This document shows positions 19,237 to 30,213 of a stretch of 54,504 nucleotides of DNA, in pieces. This DNA is from Rhodothermales bacterium (GTDB lineage Bacteria; Bacteroidota; Rhodothermia; Rhodothermales; UBA10348). Below the pieces are notes generated by a model. That model was not told the DNA's origin and searched no databases. It saw only the letters and a program-made list of their open reading frames with translations. The position numbers and the translations under genes were made by a program. The stretch lies in assembly GCA_030830105.1 (NCBI GenBank), contig JAURNP010000070.1, positions 1 to 54,504 on the forward strand, read 5' to 3'. The stretch's first letter is position 1. Every line of letters begins with the position of its first letter.

Positions 19237-20252
19237 TGGTAGTAGTTATGGAAGTTGGGGCCGACGAGTCCCAAATTGAATCGGTCATTGCGACACTGAG
19301 CGATCACGGCTTTGACGTGCATCGCTCCAGCGGAAGTCAGCGCACGGTTTTGGGCGCCGTTGGCGTCCAACCCGACTTCGACAAGCGACATATCGAGCTG
19401 CTCGAAGGCGTCTATACCGTGCATCGTGTTTCAGAACCCTACAAGTTCGCCAGCCGATCGTGGAAGAAGGAGCCGACTGAAGCCAAAGTGGGCAACGTGG
19501 TAATCGGTGGGAAGGAATTGGCTGTAATGGCTGGTCCGTGCTCGGTGGAGTCGGAAGAACAGATTCATGCCTCGGCCGAAGCCGTAGCGAAAGCCGGTGC
19601 CCGCATTCTTCGGGGCGGTGCATTCAAACCCCGATCTTCGCCGTATTCCTTCCAGGGCCTTGGAGAAGACGGGCTGAAAATGATGCGTAAGGCGGCCGAT
19701 GCCCACGGATTGGCCGTGGTGACCGAATTGATGGATCCGTCTCACGCGGATCTGATGGCCCGGTACACGGACATGGTCCAGATTGGAGCGCGAAACATGC
19801 AGAACTTCCCGTTGCTGCGTGTTGCCGGTCAGCTTGGTTTGCCTGTCTTGCTCAAGCGTGGTCTGTCAGCCACGATCCAAGAGTGGCTCATGAGCGCCGA
19901 GTACATACTGGCCGAAGACAACCCGAACGTTGTGCTTTGCGAGCGCGGTATCCGCACGTTCGAGACCATGACGCGTAACACGCTTGACCTTTCAGCCGTG
20001 CCGGTCTTGAAGGCTCGTAGCCACCTGCCCGTGATCGTGGACCCGAGCCACGGAACGGGTATCCGGAACAAGGTGATACCGATGGCACGCGCCGGCGTGG
20101 CCGCCGGCGCGGATGGCCTCATGATCGAAGTGCATCCCGATCCGGACACCGCCTTGTCAGACGGTCCGCAGTCGCTCTATTTCTCGCAATTCGAGGAGTT
20201 GATGACCCAGATCCGGCGTATTGCCGAAGTCATCGGGCGGAAAGTGGTCTGA
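19236..20252 (+). CDS. 3-deoxy-7-phosphoheptulonate (DAHP) synthase, type I-beta with N-terminal ferredoxin-like regulatory domain
   Basis: [17 protein letters not shown]...AGPCSVES...[23 protein letters not shown]...IGARNMQNF...LLKRG...CERGIRTFE...VDPSH aligns along its whole length with Thermotoga-type DAHPS from memory. The ATG at 19236 overlaps the tyrS stop (TGATG). Confidence 0.9.
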   Translation: MVVVMEVGADESQIESVIATLSDHGFDVHRSSGSQRTVLGAVGVQPDFDKRHIELLEGVYTVHRVSEPYKFASRSWKKEPTEAKVGNVVIGGKELAVMAGPCSVESEEQIHASAEAVAKAGARILRGGAFKPRSSPYSFQGLGEDGLKMMRKAADAHGLAVVTELMDPSHADLMARYTDMVQIGARNMQNFPLLRVAGQLGLPVLLKRGLSATIQEWLMSAEYILAEDNPNVVLCERGIRTFETMTRNTLDLSAVPVLKARSHLPVIVDPSHGTGIRNKVIPMARAGVAAGADGLMIEVHPDPDTALSDGPQSLYFSQFEELMTQIRRIAEVIGRKVV

Positions 20253-20468
20253 TGCTGAGTTAGCGGCATGTCAACGAAGGTGAGTCTCCGCAAACGCTCC
20301 ATTTGGTAAGGAAGCGCTTTTCGGCAGGATTATTGAAGGTTTTAGCGGGTGTAGTTCCTTTCACCGGATTAACAATTCAGATAAAACACCCCGAAACCGC
20401 TTTAAATATGCAAAAAAGCGTATTTCAGATCGTGTCTTCTACCCCTTTAAAGCTCCGGATTTGTTTTT

Positions 20469-22301
<1,833 letters not shown>

Positions 22302-22481
22302 GACCCGGCCAGCGTTTATTCCTTCCAAGCGGCACCAACAGACCCTGCGCTCTGGTTAATCGAGTCATTGCGCCTCCCCCAACGAAGAAACGCGCACCCA
22401 TGCAGGTGCGCGCTCTTCGTGGAGGTTCACTCTTCAGCGAAGAGTGAGAATGTGGGGTGATCCGGCTATGCGGATCCTGGA

Positions 22482-22862
22482 TTACCGGGGCGAGATTCCG
22501 GCAGCTTTATGCTCAAAGACAGCAATTGGTTTTTGGGAAGCATCTTGGGACGGCGTCAGATCATACGCTGCGAACGTCGCATCCGAAATGCGGTAGTCGC
22601 GAACGGTATCGAACACCAGGTAGGTTTCGCGATCGTTGATCCACCAGGTAACCTCGGTCGTCTCATTGGCTTCCTGCAATGCCATCGCAAGAACTTGTTC
22701 GTCACTCATACCAGATTTGCGAAAATCCTCGATATCGATAGGCTTCGGGCGGGTAGCCAGGCCGTCGATCACATAGAAGACGGTGAAGCAGGTGATAAGC
22801 CAGAGAATAACACCACGTACGGATCTTGACGCGGTTATCTGGTGGTAAGGAGAAGCGAGCAT
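22482..22862 (-). CDS. Hypothetical single-pass membrane protein
   Basis: The ATG at 22862 gives MLASPYHQITASRSVRGVILWLITCFTVFYVIDGL... (one TM segment). No family recognised, and the start is uncertain (tracked ORF start 22934). Confidence 0.35.
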   Translation of the reverse strand: MLASPYHQITASRSVRGVILWLITCFTVFYVIDGLATRPKPIDIEDFRKSGMSDEQVLAMALQEANETTEVTWWINDRETYLVFDTVRDYRISDATFAAYDLTPSQDASQKPIAVFEHKAAGISPR

Positions 22863-23184
22863 GAGGGGCGATTCTATTCTATCGTTGAGCGGTCCATCCG
22901 TCCGGAAGAGCCGTTGGCATTCTCGATTGCACAAAGCGTGCCAACATCATCATGACGTCTTCCAAGTATTTATTACGGTCGGTTTTCGATGATTTGCGTT
23001 CGCTGTGCCCGAAAATTTCTACCCACGAGTCCCACACTTGGAAGCCCTGTCTCATATTGATCCGGCTACGTGGCTCGCTGGCGCATTTCCTGAACCAATG
23101 ACGACTGCCTGCGTACATCGCCGACCCTGGGCAACGCCATCCGCGAGGCCCGGATGATTCGCCTCTCATCCCACCCGTTGCTCC

Positions 23185-24261
23185 ATGATCAACCCCGATA
23201 TCCTGAATGGAATCAAGGACCGGTTCGCGGAAATCACTCGTGAAATGTCCGATCCTGAGGTGGCAACAGATCCCTCCAAAATGGCCACCCTTGGCCGCGA
23301 GCATACCACGCTCAATGAGGTCGTCCGTCACATCGACGCATACAGTGGGCAGGTCAACGAGATCGGGGATCTGAAAGAGATGGTGGAGACGGAGACGGAT
23401 CTGGACCTCAGGGAGATGGCTGCAATGGAGCTTTCCGAATTGGAAGGCTCGCTACCGGCGATGGAAGAGGAGCTTCGACTGATGCTCATTCCCAAGAACC
23501 CGGAAGACACCAAGGATGCCATCGTGGAAATCCGCGCTGGTACAGGGGGGGATGAGGCCGCCCTGTTCGCTGGAGATCTGTTCCGCCTTTACTCACGCAT
23601 GGCGGAGAAAAAGAGTTGGAAGGTCGATTTGATGAACAGTTCGGAAGGCACTCAGGGTGGCTTCAAGGAGATTGTCTTCAGTATCAGCGGCCCGGATGCC
23701 TTCGGTACCATGAAATACGAGAGCGGAGTACACCGCGTCCAGCGTGTTCCCGCAACGGAGTCCTCAGGACGAATCCATACTTCGGCTGCTACGGTGGCGG
23801 TACTTCCGGAGGCCGAGGAGGTGGATATCGACCTTCATCCAAACGATTTGAAGATCGACGTGTATCGTTCGAGTGGTCCTGGAGGACAGAGTGTGAACAC
23901 GACGGATTCAGCAGTGCGAATCACCCACATTCCTACGGGTACTGTTGTGACCTGTCAGGATGAAAAGAGTCAGCATAAGAACAAGGACAAGGCGTTACGC
24001 GTGCTGCGCTCACGTCTGTACGAAGCCAAACTGGCCGAAATCGAGTCCGAGCGTAGTGAGGCGCGTCGATCCCAGGTCTCCACGGGAGATCGGAGCGCAA
24101 AGATCCGCACATATAATTGGCCACAGGGTCGTGTGACAGACCACCGTCTGGAAGGGGATTCGAAGAACCACGCGCTTGAGCGTGTAATGGGAGGTGAGCT
24201 GGACGAAATCATCAAAGCGCTCCGGACACTCGAAAATGCGGACCGTTTGGCCAGTCTTTAG
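23185..24261 (+). CDS. prfA: Peptide chain release factor 1
   Basis: Contains the GGQ motif ([23 protein letters not shown]) and the RF1-type tripeptide PAT ([14 protein letters not shown]). Confidence 0.95.
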   Translation: MINPDILNGIKDRFAEITREMSDPEVATDPSKMATLGREHTTLNEVVRHIDAYSGQVNEIGDLKEMVETETDLDLREMAAMELSELEGSLPAMEEELRLMLIPKNPEDTKDAIVEIRAGTGGDEAALFAGDLFRLYSRMAEKKSWKVDLMNSSEGTQGGFKEIVFSISGPDAFGTMKYESGVHRVQRVPATESSGRIHTSAATVAVLPEAEEVDIDLHPNDLKIDVYRSSGPGGQSVNTTDSAVRITHIPTGTVVTCQDEKSQHKNKDKALRVLRSRLYEAKLAEIESERSEARRSQVSTGDRSAKIRTYNWPQGRVTDHRLEGDSKNHALERVMGGELDEIIKALRTLENADRLASL

Positions 24262-24440
24262 GCCTTTCTGGCCGTAGAAATCTCCTGCATCAGGCTGTTG
24301 AGATTCGGCGAATTGAGGGTCAGTGGGTGACTTGAGCCCTCAGGCGCCGTACTTTACAGTTCTGTACAATCCCTGCTCCGAAAGAACGGCCAGTGAGGCC
24401 CGGGCGTCGGGGCATAGCCCATCACCATCCAAAGGGATAA

Positions 24441-24824
24441 ATGGCTAGCAATAAGCATACGTACGAGCTTACGTACATCGTCAATTCGGTTATTTCCGAT
24501 GAGCAGGTCAAGGACATGGTCTCCCGTGTCACGGCTTACGTAACGGAGAACGCAGGCGAAATCATTGAAGTGGACGAGTGGGGCGCACGTCGCCTGGCTT
24601 TTCCAATCCAGAAGAAGCGCAATGGCTACTACGTCAACATGTACTTCAAGGCAGCGGGAGAACTGATCCCCCGCCTGGAGCGCGCGATGGAGATCGATGA
24701 CAACATCCTCCGTTACCTCTCGCTTCGCATGGATCCGAAAATGGTCCGTCACTACGAAGCCACGAAAACCAAACGTGCCGCGGAAGCTGAAGCCGCCGAG
24801 GCAGAAACTACCGAAGAGGCATAA
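24441..24824 (+). CDS. rpsF: 30S ribosomal protein S6
   Basis: Contains YELTYIVNS...[22 protein letters not shown] and an acidic C-terminal tail. The gene order is rpsF-rpsR-rplI. Confidence 0.95.
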   Translation: MASNKHTYELTYIVNSVISDEQVKDMVSRVTAYVTENAGEIIEVDEWGARRLAFPIQKKRNGYYVNMYFKAAGELIPRLERAMEIDDNILRYLSLRMDPKMVRHYEATKTKRAAEAEAAEAETTEEA

Positions 24825-24829
24825 GCACC

Positions 24830-25036
24830 ATGTCGAACAAGACCTCCTTTGTCGAGCCGGATTACGTCGACTACAAAGACACAGAAATGCTTAAGCGTTT
24901 CCTGAATGAGCAGGGCAAGATCCTGCCCCGTCGCATCACGAACGTATCCGCGAAATTCCAGCGCCAGCTGACCCGTGCCGTAAAACGCGCTCGTCACCTC
25001 GCCCTGATTCCATTCGTAGCGGACTCGCTCAAGTAA
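24830..25036 (+). CDS. rpsR: 30S ribosomal protein S18
   Basis: Contains [49 protein letters not shown]. Confidence 0.9.
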   Translation: MSNKTSFVEPDYVDYKDTEMLKRFLNEQGKILPRRITNVSAKFQRQLTRAVKRARHLALIPFVADSLK

Positions 25037-25075
25037 TCCGAACCGGACGGACTACCGTCACAGCCCGACAGAATC

Positions 25076-25531
25076 ATGAAAGTACTCCTTCTCGAAGAAG
25101 TAGAAAATCTGGGTGAGGCCGGCGAAATCGTGACCGTCAAGGACGGATACGGCCGTAATTTCCTCATCCCCCGTGGCCTGGCTCGCATCGCCACCAATGG
25201 CGTAGTCAAAGCATGGCAGGAAGAGCGCCGTCAGGCATCTCGCAAGATGTCCAAGGCCAAAGATGACGCCGAAGCGCTCGCAGCCGAAATGGCCGGAGTC
25301 GAAGTCGTGCTCTTTGTCAAAGTTGGCGAAGAGAACCGCATCTTCGGTTCGGTCACGCCCGTGCACGTCGCGGATGGCCTGGCCAAGCATGGCATTGAAG
25401 CGGATCGTCGTAAGATCACCGTCAACGACGATATCAAACATACAGGTGTCTACACTGCTTCCGTGAAAATCCACCCTGAAGTGGTCGCAGAAGTAAAGGT
25501 CCGTGTCGAGCCCGAAACGGCTGCCGCCTGA
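25076..25531 (+). CDS. rplI: 50S ribosomal protein L9
   Basis: Begins MKVLLLEEVENLGEAGEIVTVKDGYGRNFLIPRGLA, the canonical L9 N-terminus. Confidence 0.95.
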   Translation: MKVLLLEEVENLGEAGEIVTVKDGYGRNFLIPRGLARIATNGVVKAWQEERRQASRKMSKAKDDAEALAAEMAGVEVVLFVKVGEENRIFGSVTPVHVADGLAKHGIEADRRKITVNDDIKHTGVYTASVKIHPEVVAEVKVRVEPETAAA

Positions 25532-25566
25532 CCGACACCAACCGGCAAGACCGGCAACAACGTGAG

Positions 25567-25614
25567 CAGGGTATCCGTTGACCATCAGGTCCGTGGATAC
25601 CCTGTTCCTGTTTC
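25567..25614 (+). terminator. Candidate intrinsic terminator after rplI
   Basis: 10-bp stem CAGGGTATCC/GGATACCCTG (25567-25576 and 25595-25604) followed by TTCCTGTTTC. The 18-nt loop is long, which limits confidence. Confidence 0.45.
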
Positions 25615-25686
25615 AGGCCCTGCCTCTTTTTTGGTCTTGGTCCTGGCCCCGGCCCCGGCTTTTCGATTCTGAACCCCTGATCTCCC

Positions 25687-27687
25687 ATGGAATCCGATTT
25701 CAACTGTCGCATCAACGTGTCCCTGCGAACGTTCCGCTTCGCAGTGATCCTGGTGCTGGCTATGCTGTTCGCGTTGCCAGGCAGCGCCGTGGCGCAATTC
25801 GGACCGCAGATACAGGGGCCGGAAGCATACGTATCGTGGTCGGTGCGCCCGATTCCTTCCGGCATCGGTGTGCAGGATACGTCTGTCGTCAAGATCTCAG
25901 CGACGATCGCCGAGGACTGGAAGATGTATGCATTGGATGCGTCCCTTCCCTCCATGGACGAGGTGCTGACGAGACCTTACGGCGTCGAGGTGACCGTACC
26001 CGACAGCATTCAGGGTGCATCCTGGCTAACCTTGGTTGGGCAGTCGCCCCCGAATTCGGGCTATGATGACATCTTCGAAATGAACCTGAATTGGTTTTAC
26101 ACGGAGGCTTCCTTCTTTACCGGAGTGGTCTCCCACGATTCGGTAGATGCCACGATCGAGCTTCCTTTCGCCGTCCGCTACCAGATCTGTAATGACGAAT
26201 TAGGGGTATGTCTGCGCCCGGATATCGCGGAGCTGAAGACAGTCCTTTCGATCGATTCGTCCTGCATCGACTGCTCTGCGACCGACGATGATATTGCACT
26301 TACCACGAATGCGCAGCTCGAGTCGGCGTCTTCAGAAATGGTGGCTGGGAACGGATTGCTACCGTTCATTCTGCTGGCCATCGGAGCGGGCCTGGCCTCG
26401 CTGCTGACTCCGTGTGTCTTCCCCATGATTCCGCTCACCGTGTCCTACTTCACCAAGTACGGCCACACGAAACGGGAAGCATTGCAGCTGGCTCTGCTCT
26501 ATGGGTCAGCCATCGTGATCACTTTCACCTCCATCGGGATCGTGATGGCAGTCCTCGTAGGTTCGGCGGGAGCATTGGTGATTGCCGCGAATCCATGGGT
26601 GAATGTGTTCATTGCCGTCGTCCTGGTCGGTTTCGCGCTCTCATTACTTGGATTGTACGAGATCCGGGTGCCCTCCTCCTTGCTGAACTGGGTGAATGCA
26701 CGTGGCGGCGAAGACAAGGGGTGGGCAGGTGTTCTATTCATGGGTTTGACCCTGACCCTGGTCTCCTTCTCATGCACCGCTCCTTTTGTGGGGGGATTGC
26801 TTGCTGCGGCTTCAACCGGCACGTGGGTATACCCATTGCTGGGCATGGTCGCCTACAGTACCACCTTCGCGCTTCCGTTCGTCCTTTTGGCTCTGTTTCC
26901 GCGTTCTCTCGATCGCCTTCCCAAGTCTGGGTCGTGGATGAACAGCTTGAAGGTTGTCCTTGGTTTTGTAGAGCTGGCCGCAGCCGTCAAGTTCTTTTCG
27001 AATGCCGATCTGGTCTGGGGACTGGGCATATTGCCGCGAACCCTCGGAGTTTTCCTGGTGTTTGTAAGCACCTTGCTCATTGGACTGTACCTGTTGGGAT
27101 GGCTTCGCATCGGATATGCCGACGAGGCGCGCCCCTCTCGCTTGCGTCAGGTGATTGCGGTGGTTTTCATTTTAGCCGCGCTTCGAATGGCGCCTGGAAT
27201 GGCTGGGCAGCCCCTGGGCTTCCTGGATGCCTATTTGCCTCCGCATCAGGACAGCGATCGTGCCTTGCTGGCTCGGTTTGGTATCGAGAACGCTGAAGCC
27301 GACCATGAGGAAGGCTGGGTTGTGGATGATATTGAGGGTGCCTTCGCCATGGCAATCGAGCGGAATGTGCCTGTGATGGTGGACTTCTCTGGGTACACCT
27401 GTACCAACTGCCGCGATATGGAAGCCACTATCTTTCCACGGACGGATGTCAAGGCGCGGCTGGACAGCGCATTTGTGCCTCTTCGTCTGTACACGGATGA
27501 TCTGCAGACGGGAGATGCCTTCCACGCCTTCCAGATGGAGCTGACGGGAACGCCGGCGTTACCCACCTATGCCATTGTACATCCGGCTGACAGCACGGTT
27601 ATCGCTCAACAGAGTGCCATGATGAGCGAGCACGATTTCATTGCGTTCCTGGATCAGGGGTCCTACGATTTCCAATCGGGACAATAA
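25687..27687 (+). CDS. DsbD-family thiol:disulfide interchange protein (CcdA-type membrane core plus C-terminal thioredoxin domain)
   Basis: Has a signal peptide, then the conserved LTPCVFPMIPLTV and SFSCTAPFVGG membrane cysteines, and a C-terminal thioredoxin fold with the CxxC motif (FSGYTCTNCRDME). Confidence 0.8.
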   Translation: MESDFNCRINVSLRTFRFAVILVLAMLFALPGSAVAQFGPQIQGPEAYVSWSVRPIPSGIGVQDTSVVKISATIAEDWKMYALDASLPSMDEVLTRPYGVEVTVPDSIQGASWLTLVGQSPPNSGYDDIFEMNLNWFYTEASFFTGVVSHDSVDATIELPFAVRYQICNDELGVCLRPDIAELKTVLSIDSSCIDCSATDDDIALTTNAQLESASSEMVAGNGLLPFILLAIGAGLASLLTPCVFPMIPLTVSYFTKYGHTKREALQLALLYGSAIVITFTSIGIVMAVLVGSAGALVIAANPWVNVFIAVVLVGFALSLLGLYEIRVPSSLLNWVNARGGEDKGWAGVLFMGLTLTLVSFSCTAPFVGGLLAAASTGTWVYPLLGMVAYSTTFALPFVLLALFPRSLDRLPKSGSWMNSLKVVLGFVELAAAVKFFSNADLVWGLGILPRTLGVFLVFVSTLLIGLYLLGWLRIGYADEARPSRLRQVIAVVFILAALRMAPGMAGQPLGFLDAYLPPHQDSDRALLARFGIENAEADHEEGWVVDDIEGAFAMAIERNVPVMVDFSGYTCTNCRDMEATIFPRTDVKARLDSAFVPLRLYTDDLQTGDAFHAFQMELTGTPALPTYAIVHPADSTVIAQQSAMMSEHDFIAFLDQGSYDFQSGQ

Positions 27688-28148
27688 TTCAATCGTCGTC
27701 GTTGGATGGGGAAGAGGACGACGGCCTGTTTGGCCTCCCGAGCTACCGTATTGGTAACTGATCCCAGCAGCATGCGCTCAATGGCAGAGTGTCGACGCTT
27801 TGCCATAAGGATCATGTCGATGTCCATATCATCGGCATCATCGAGAATGATGCGGGCTGGATCCCCTTCATGGAGCGCTGGGCGAAGCGAGATATCAAAG
27901 CGCTCTTTCAGGAAGGCGTCGAAATCGTGTTGTTCGGCTTCCACGATCGCATCTTCAACGGCTGGGTCATACAAGGCATAGGCGATGTCTCCGAATCCAC
28001 TCAATGGATCTACTCCCAACGGCGTGGTGGGAGTCGGCACGTGTACGTGCAGTACGAACAAATCTGCGTCGAGTCGACGCACGAGGCGCTGGACGTGATC
28101 GGTGACTTCCTTTGGCTCAGATAGGTCGGTGGCGAACATCACTTTCAT
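27663..28148 (-). CDS. Universal stress protein (UspA family)
   Basis: MKVMFATDLSEP...LFVLHV...DMILMAKRRHSAIERMLLGSVTNTVAREAKQAVVLFP is a typical Usp fold signature. Its 3' end overlaps the convergent dsbD-like gene by 25 nt. Confidence 0.8.
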   Translation of the reverse strand: MKVMFATDLSEPKEVTDHVQRLVRRLDADLFVLHVHVPTPTTPLGVDPLSGFGDIAYALYDPAVEDAIVEAEQHDFDAFLKERFDISLRPALHEGDPARIILDDADDMDIDMILMAKRRHSAIERMLLGSVTNTVAREAKQAVVLFPIQRRRLNYCPDWKS

Positions 28149-28482
28149 GGCGATCCCCGTGGTTTGGACGTACGATTTCAAGGATCAGAGTAGTCGTGCC
28201 CGGTCCGTTTCACAATGGGAAAATCCCTACAGCGAATGTGGTCGATTGAAGGGAAGCAGAAGATGGGCCTGGTCCTGAACGGGTACAAACCACACTACCG
28301 GGTTACGCCGCTTACATCCATGGGTCTTTGAAGTGACTCCTAGCAGATTCTTCTCTGGCTCCTGCGATCACTTCATGTCTGAAAAACTCATCGGTGCGGC
28401 AAATGAAACCACAGCCGTCGCCAACACAGAATTATGCGTGGTGCGTCTTCAATCCTAGGTAAACGCCTATCTGAGGGCGTGC

Positions 28483-28944
28483 ATGCGACGCGAGTCGTTG
28501 TTGACCGAAGAGGATCTGAAAGACGTCAGTGCGGAAGTGGTTGCAACCATCTGGTCGCGAAAGAATGACCTGGACCATCCACTCAGATATGCGCGGAAAG
28601 TGGTACGTCACCGACTGATTCAATTCTTGCGCGAAAAACGACGTCAATTGGAGGTACTGTCGGAATGGCATAATTCCAGAACCGAATCGATCTTTCTCGG
28701 GTCTGAGCCTTCACTGGGTCAGTCTTTGGGAACCGCTGTGCGACCCCGCCAGGAATTCGTACGCGCCTGCCTCAAGCGTCAAGATGGCCAGACGCGACTG
28801 ATTCTTCACCTTCGATACGAAGCTGGGTTCTCCTGGCGATTGATTGCAGAAGCAGTGGGAGGATCTGCCGCATCGGTGCGCATGAAGGAGCAGCGATTCT
28901 GTCGGCGCATCCTGGCAGCGTGGGAAACAGAGCGCATGGTCTAG
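28483..28944 (+). CDS. Short sigma-70/ECF-like factor (regions 2 and 4 only)
   Basis: Region-2-like YARKVVRHRLIQFLREKRR and a region-4 HTH, RLILHLRYEAGFSWRLIAEAVGGSAASVRMKEQRFCRRI. At 153 aa it is unusually short, and the start is uncertain. Confidence 0.45.
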   Translation: MRRESLLTEEDLKDVSAEVVATIWSRKNDLDHPLRYARKVVRHRLIQFLREKRRQLEVLSEWHNSRTESIFLGSEPSLGQSLGTAVRPRQEFVRACLKRQDGQTRLILHLRYEAGFSWRLIAEAVGGSAASVRMKEQRFCRRILAAWETERMV

Positions 28945-29010
28945 TTCATCTTGATGCGAAGTCCTTACCGGCAGCGAATCAGGAGACATGTTGGTCCGTA
29001 AGACGTTTTT

Positions 29011-29658
29011 TTGAACGCCCCCTTTACTAGACCGGGATCCACTGTGTTCTACGATACCCCGTTCACGCTTTTCCTGTTGCTGATCAACATCCTGGTCAGC
29101 GGTTATGCCCTGTATCAGGACAAGTCGCTGATAGGAAAGCTCTCCTTCAAGCCCCGAGAGATTCTACAGAACAAGGAGTGGTACCGGATGATTACGGGCG
29201 GCTTCGTTCATGGGGGACTGGGCCACCTGGCGTTCAACATGATTACGCTGTACTACTTCGGGCCCTATCTCGAAGCACAAATTGGCTCACTGGCCTTCCT
29301 GGTAGTGTATTTCGGAGCCGAGTTGGCGGCTCATGGCCTTACACTGCTGTTGCACAAGGATACGCCGGGGTATAGCGCTGTAGGAGCTTCCGGCGCAATT
29401 TCCGGACTGGTGTTCTCCTTCTGCCTTTTCCAGCCCTTCGCAAGTATCTACCTCTTCTTTGCCATTGGAATCCCGGCGTGGCTTTTTGCCTTCAGTTTTG
29501 TCGGGTTTTCAGTTTGGGCCATGCGAAAGCGCGAGTCTGCTGCTATGGGAGGCATTGCCCATGAAGCGCACCTCGGAGGCGCTATTGGCGGTTTGGTTTT
29601 CACATTGCTCATGCATCCCAGTGCCCTGAAGTCCTTCCTCAGTCAGATTGGTATGTGA
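29011..29658 (+). CDS. Rhomboid-family intramembrane serine protease
   Basis: Contains WYRMITGGFVHGGLGHLAFNM, the catalytic GASGAISGLV and HLGGAIGG, with 6 TM segments. TTG start as tracked. Confidence 0.85.
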   Translation: MNAPFTRPGSTVFYDTPFTLFLLLINILVSGYALYQDKSLIGKLSFKPREILQNKEWYRMITGGFVHGGLGHLAFNMITLYYFGPYLEAQIGSLAFLVVYFGAELAAHGLTLLLHKDTPGYSAVGASGAISGLVFSFCLFQPFASIYLFFAIGIPAWLFAFSFVGFSVWAMRKRESAAMGGIAHEAHLGGAIGGLVFTLLMHPSALKSFLSQIGM

Positions 29659-29763
29659 GTCGGTACAGGATATATCCGTTATTGCATAAGGATATAGATA
29701 GTGGATATACGGAGCCATTCTTAATACGTAATGGGAGCGAGGCAAGAAAACCGTTATTGGCCG

Positions 29764-29795
29764 GTTGCAGTAACCCGTCGCTATTCCCTATCTTT
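29764..29795 (+). promoter_or_regulatory. Candidate Bacteroidota-type promoter (TTG-N21-TATCTTTG) inside the ORF-free gap
   Basis: TTG (29764-29766), a 21-nt spacer, then TATCTTTG (29788-29795). The octamer and the spacing are identical to the element upstream of tRNA-Ala in this window. Confidence 0.3.
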
Positions 29796-29868
29796 GTACT
29801 ACTCATGCCGCCTGGGATTGCGTCCCTGTTAAGGGACACTCAGTCGCGCAGTGACTATGGGCACCAAA

Positions 29869-29896
29869 AAGCTCGGTTCGTAAGGGCCGGGCTTTT
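29869..29896 (+). terminator. Intrinsic terminator-like hairpin (A-tract/T-tract flanked, possibly bidirectional)
   Basis: 10-bp stem AGCTCGGTTC/GGGCCGGGCT (3 G-U pairs) capped by a GUAA tetraloop, followed by a run of five Ts (29892-29896, the first closing the stem) and preceded by AAAAA. Confidence 0.5.
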
Positions 29897-30178
29897 TGCA
29901 CATCTGGTCGAGCCCACCATCAGGCCACTTCGCTGGTCGCGCTGGGAGTTGGACCCTCCGATAAGATCGCTATCGCACAGAAGCATCGCGGCACAATAGC
30001 GCAGAGGATTACGGGCAACCAGGCAAAGAGGCAACCAGGCAAGCGGCATACCGGCTTGCTGTCAACGCTGCCGTCAGGAGAGAGGCAGGCGACTCAACAC
30101 TCCCGCATCCGGATGGTTATGCACAGATGTGGCAAAGTCACTGTGAATTTCTTGTGGAAGAAATGGGGTGGGGTGATT

Positions 30179-30207
30179 ATTGACTCCGCTGAGAGGTGGG
30201 CCTATAA
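30179..30207 (+). promoter_or_regulatory. Near-consensus sigma-70-type promoter TTGACT-N17-TATAAT
   Basis: TTGACT at 30179-30184, a 17-nt spacer, then TATAAT at 30202-30207. It is preceded by a 7-bp AT-rich hairpin (30146-30163). Whether this organism's housekeeping sigma uses -35/-10 elements is unknown. Confidence 0.35.
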
Positions 30208-30213
30208 TGGCCC

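Noticed and set aside
20253-20468. Possible glmS ribozyme or riboswitch upstream of glmS
   Set aside because: The 215-nt leader is AT-rich and I could not find the conserved glmS ribozyme core or its pseudoknotted P2 region. That ribozyme is mainly a Firmicutes and Deinococcus-Thermus feature. I make no claim here.
22879-23331. 150-aa minus-strand ORF overlapping the prfA start
   Set aside because: Its 5' third is antisense to the well-supported prfA and it has no recognisable domain. The 3' part (22879 to about 23055; MRQGFQVWDSWVEIFGHSERK...) could conceivably be a small ORF, but I have no supporting evidence.
29655-29999. 114-aa plus-strand ORF starting at the rhomboid stop
   Set aside because: It has a GTG start inside the preceding stop region. 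It spans the AT-rich GGATATA island, a promoter-like element and two hairpins including a terminator. The composition is not protein-like.
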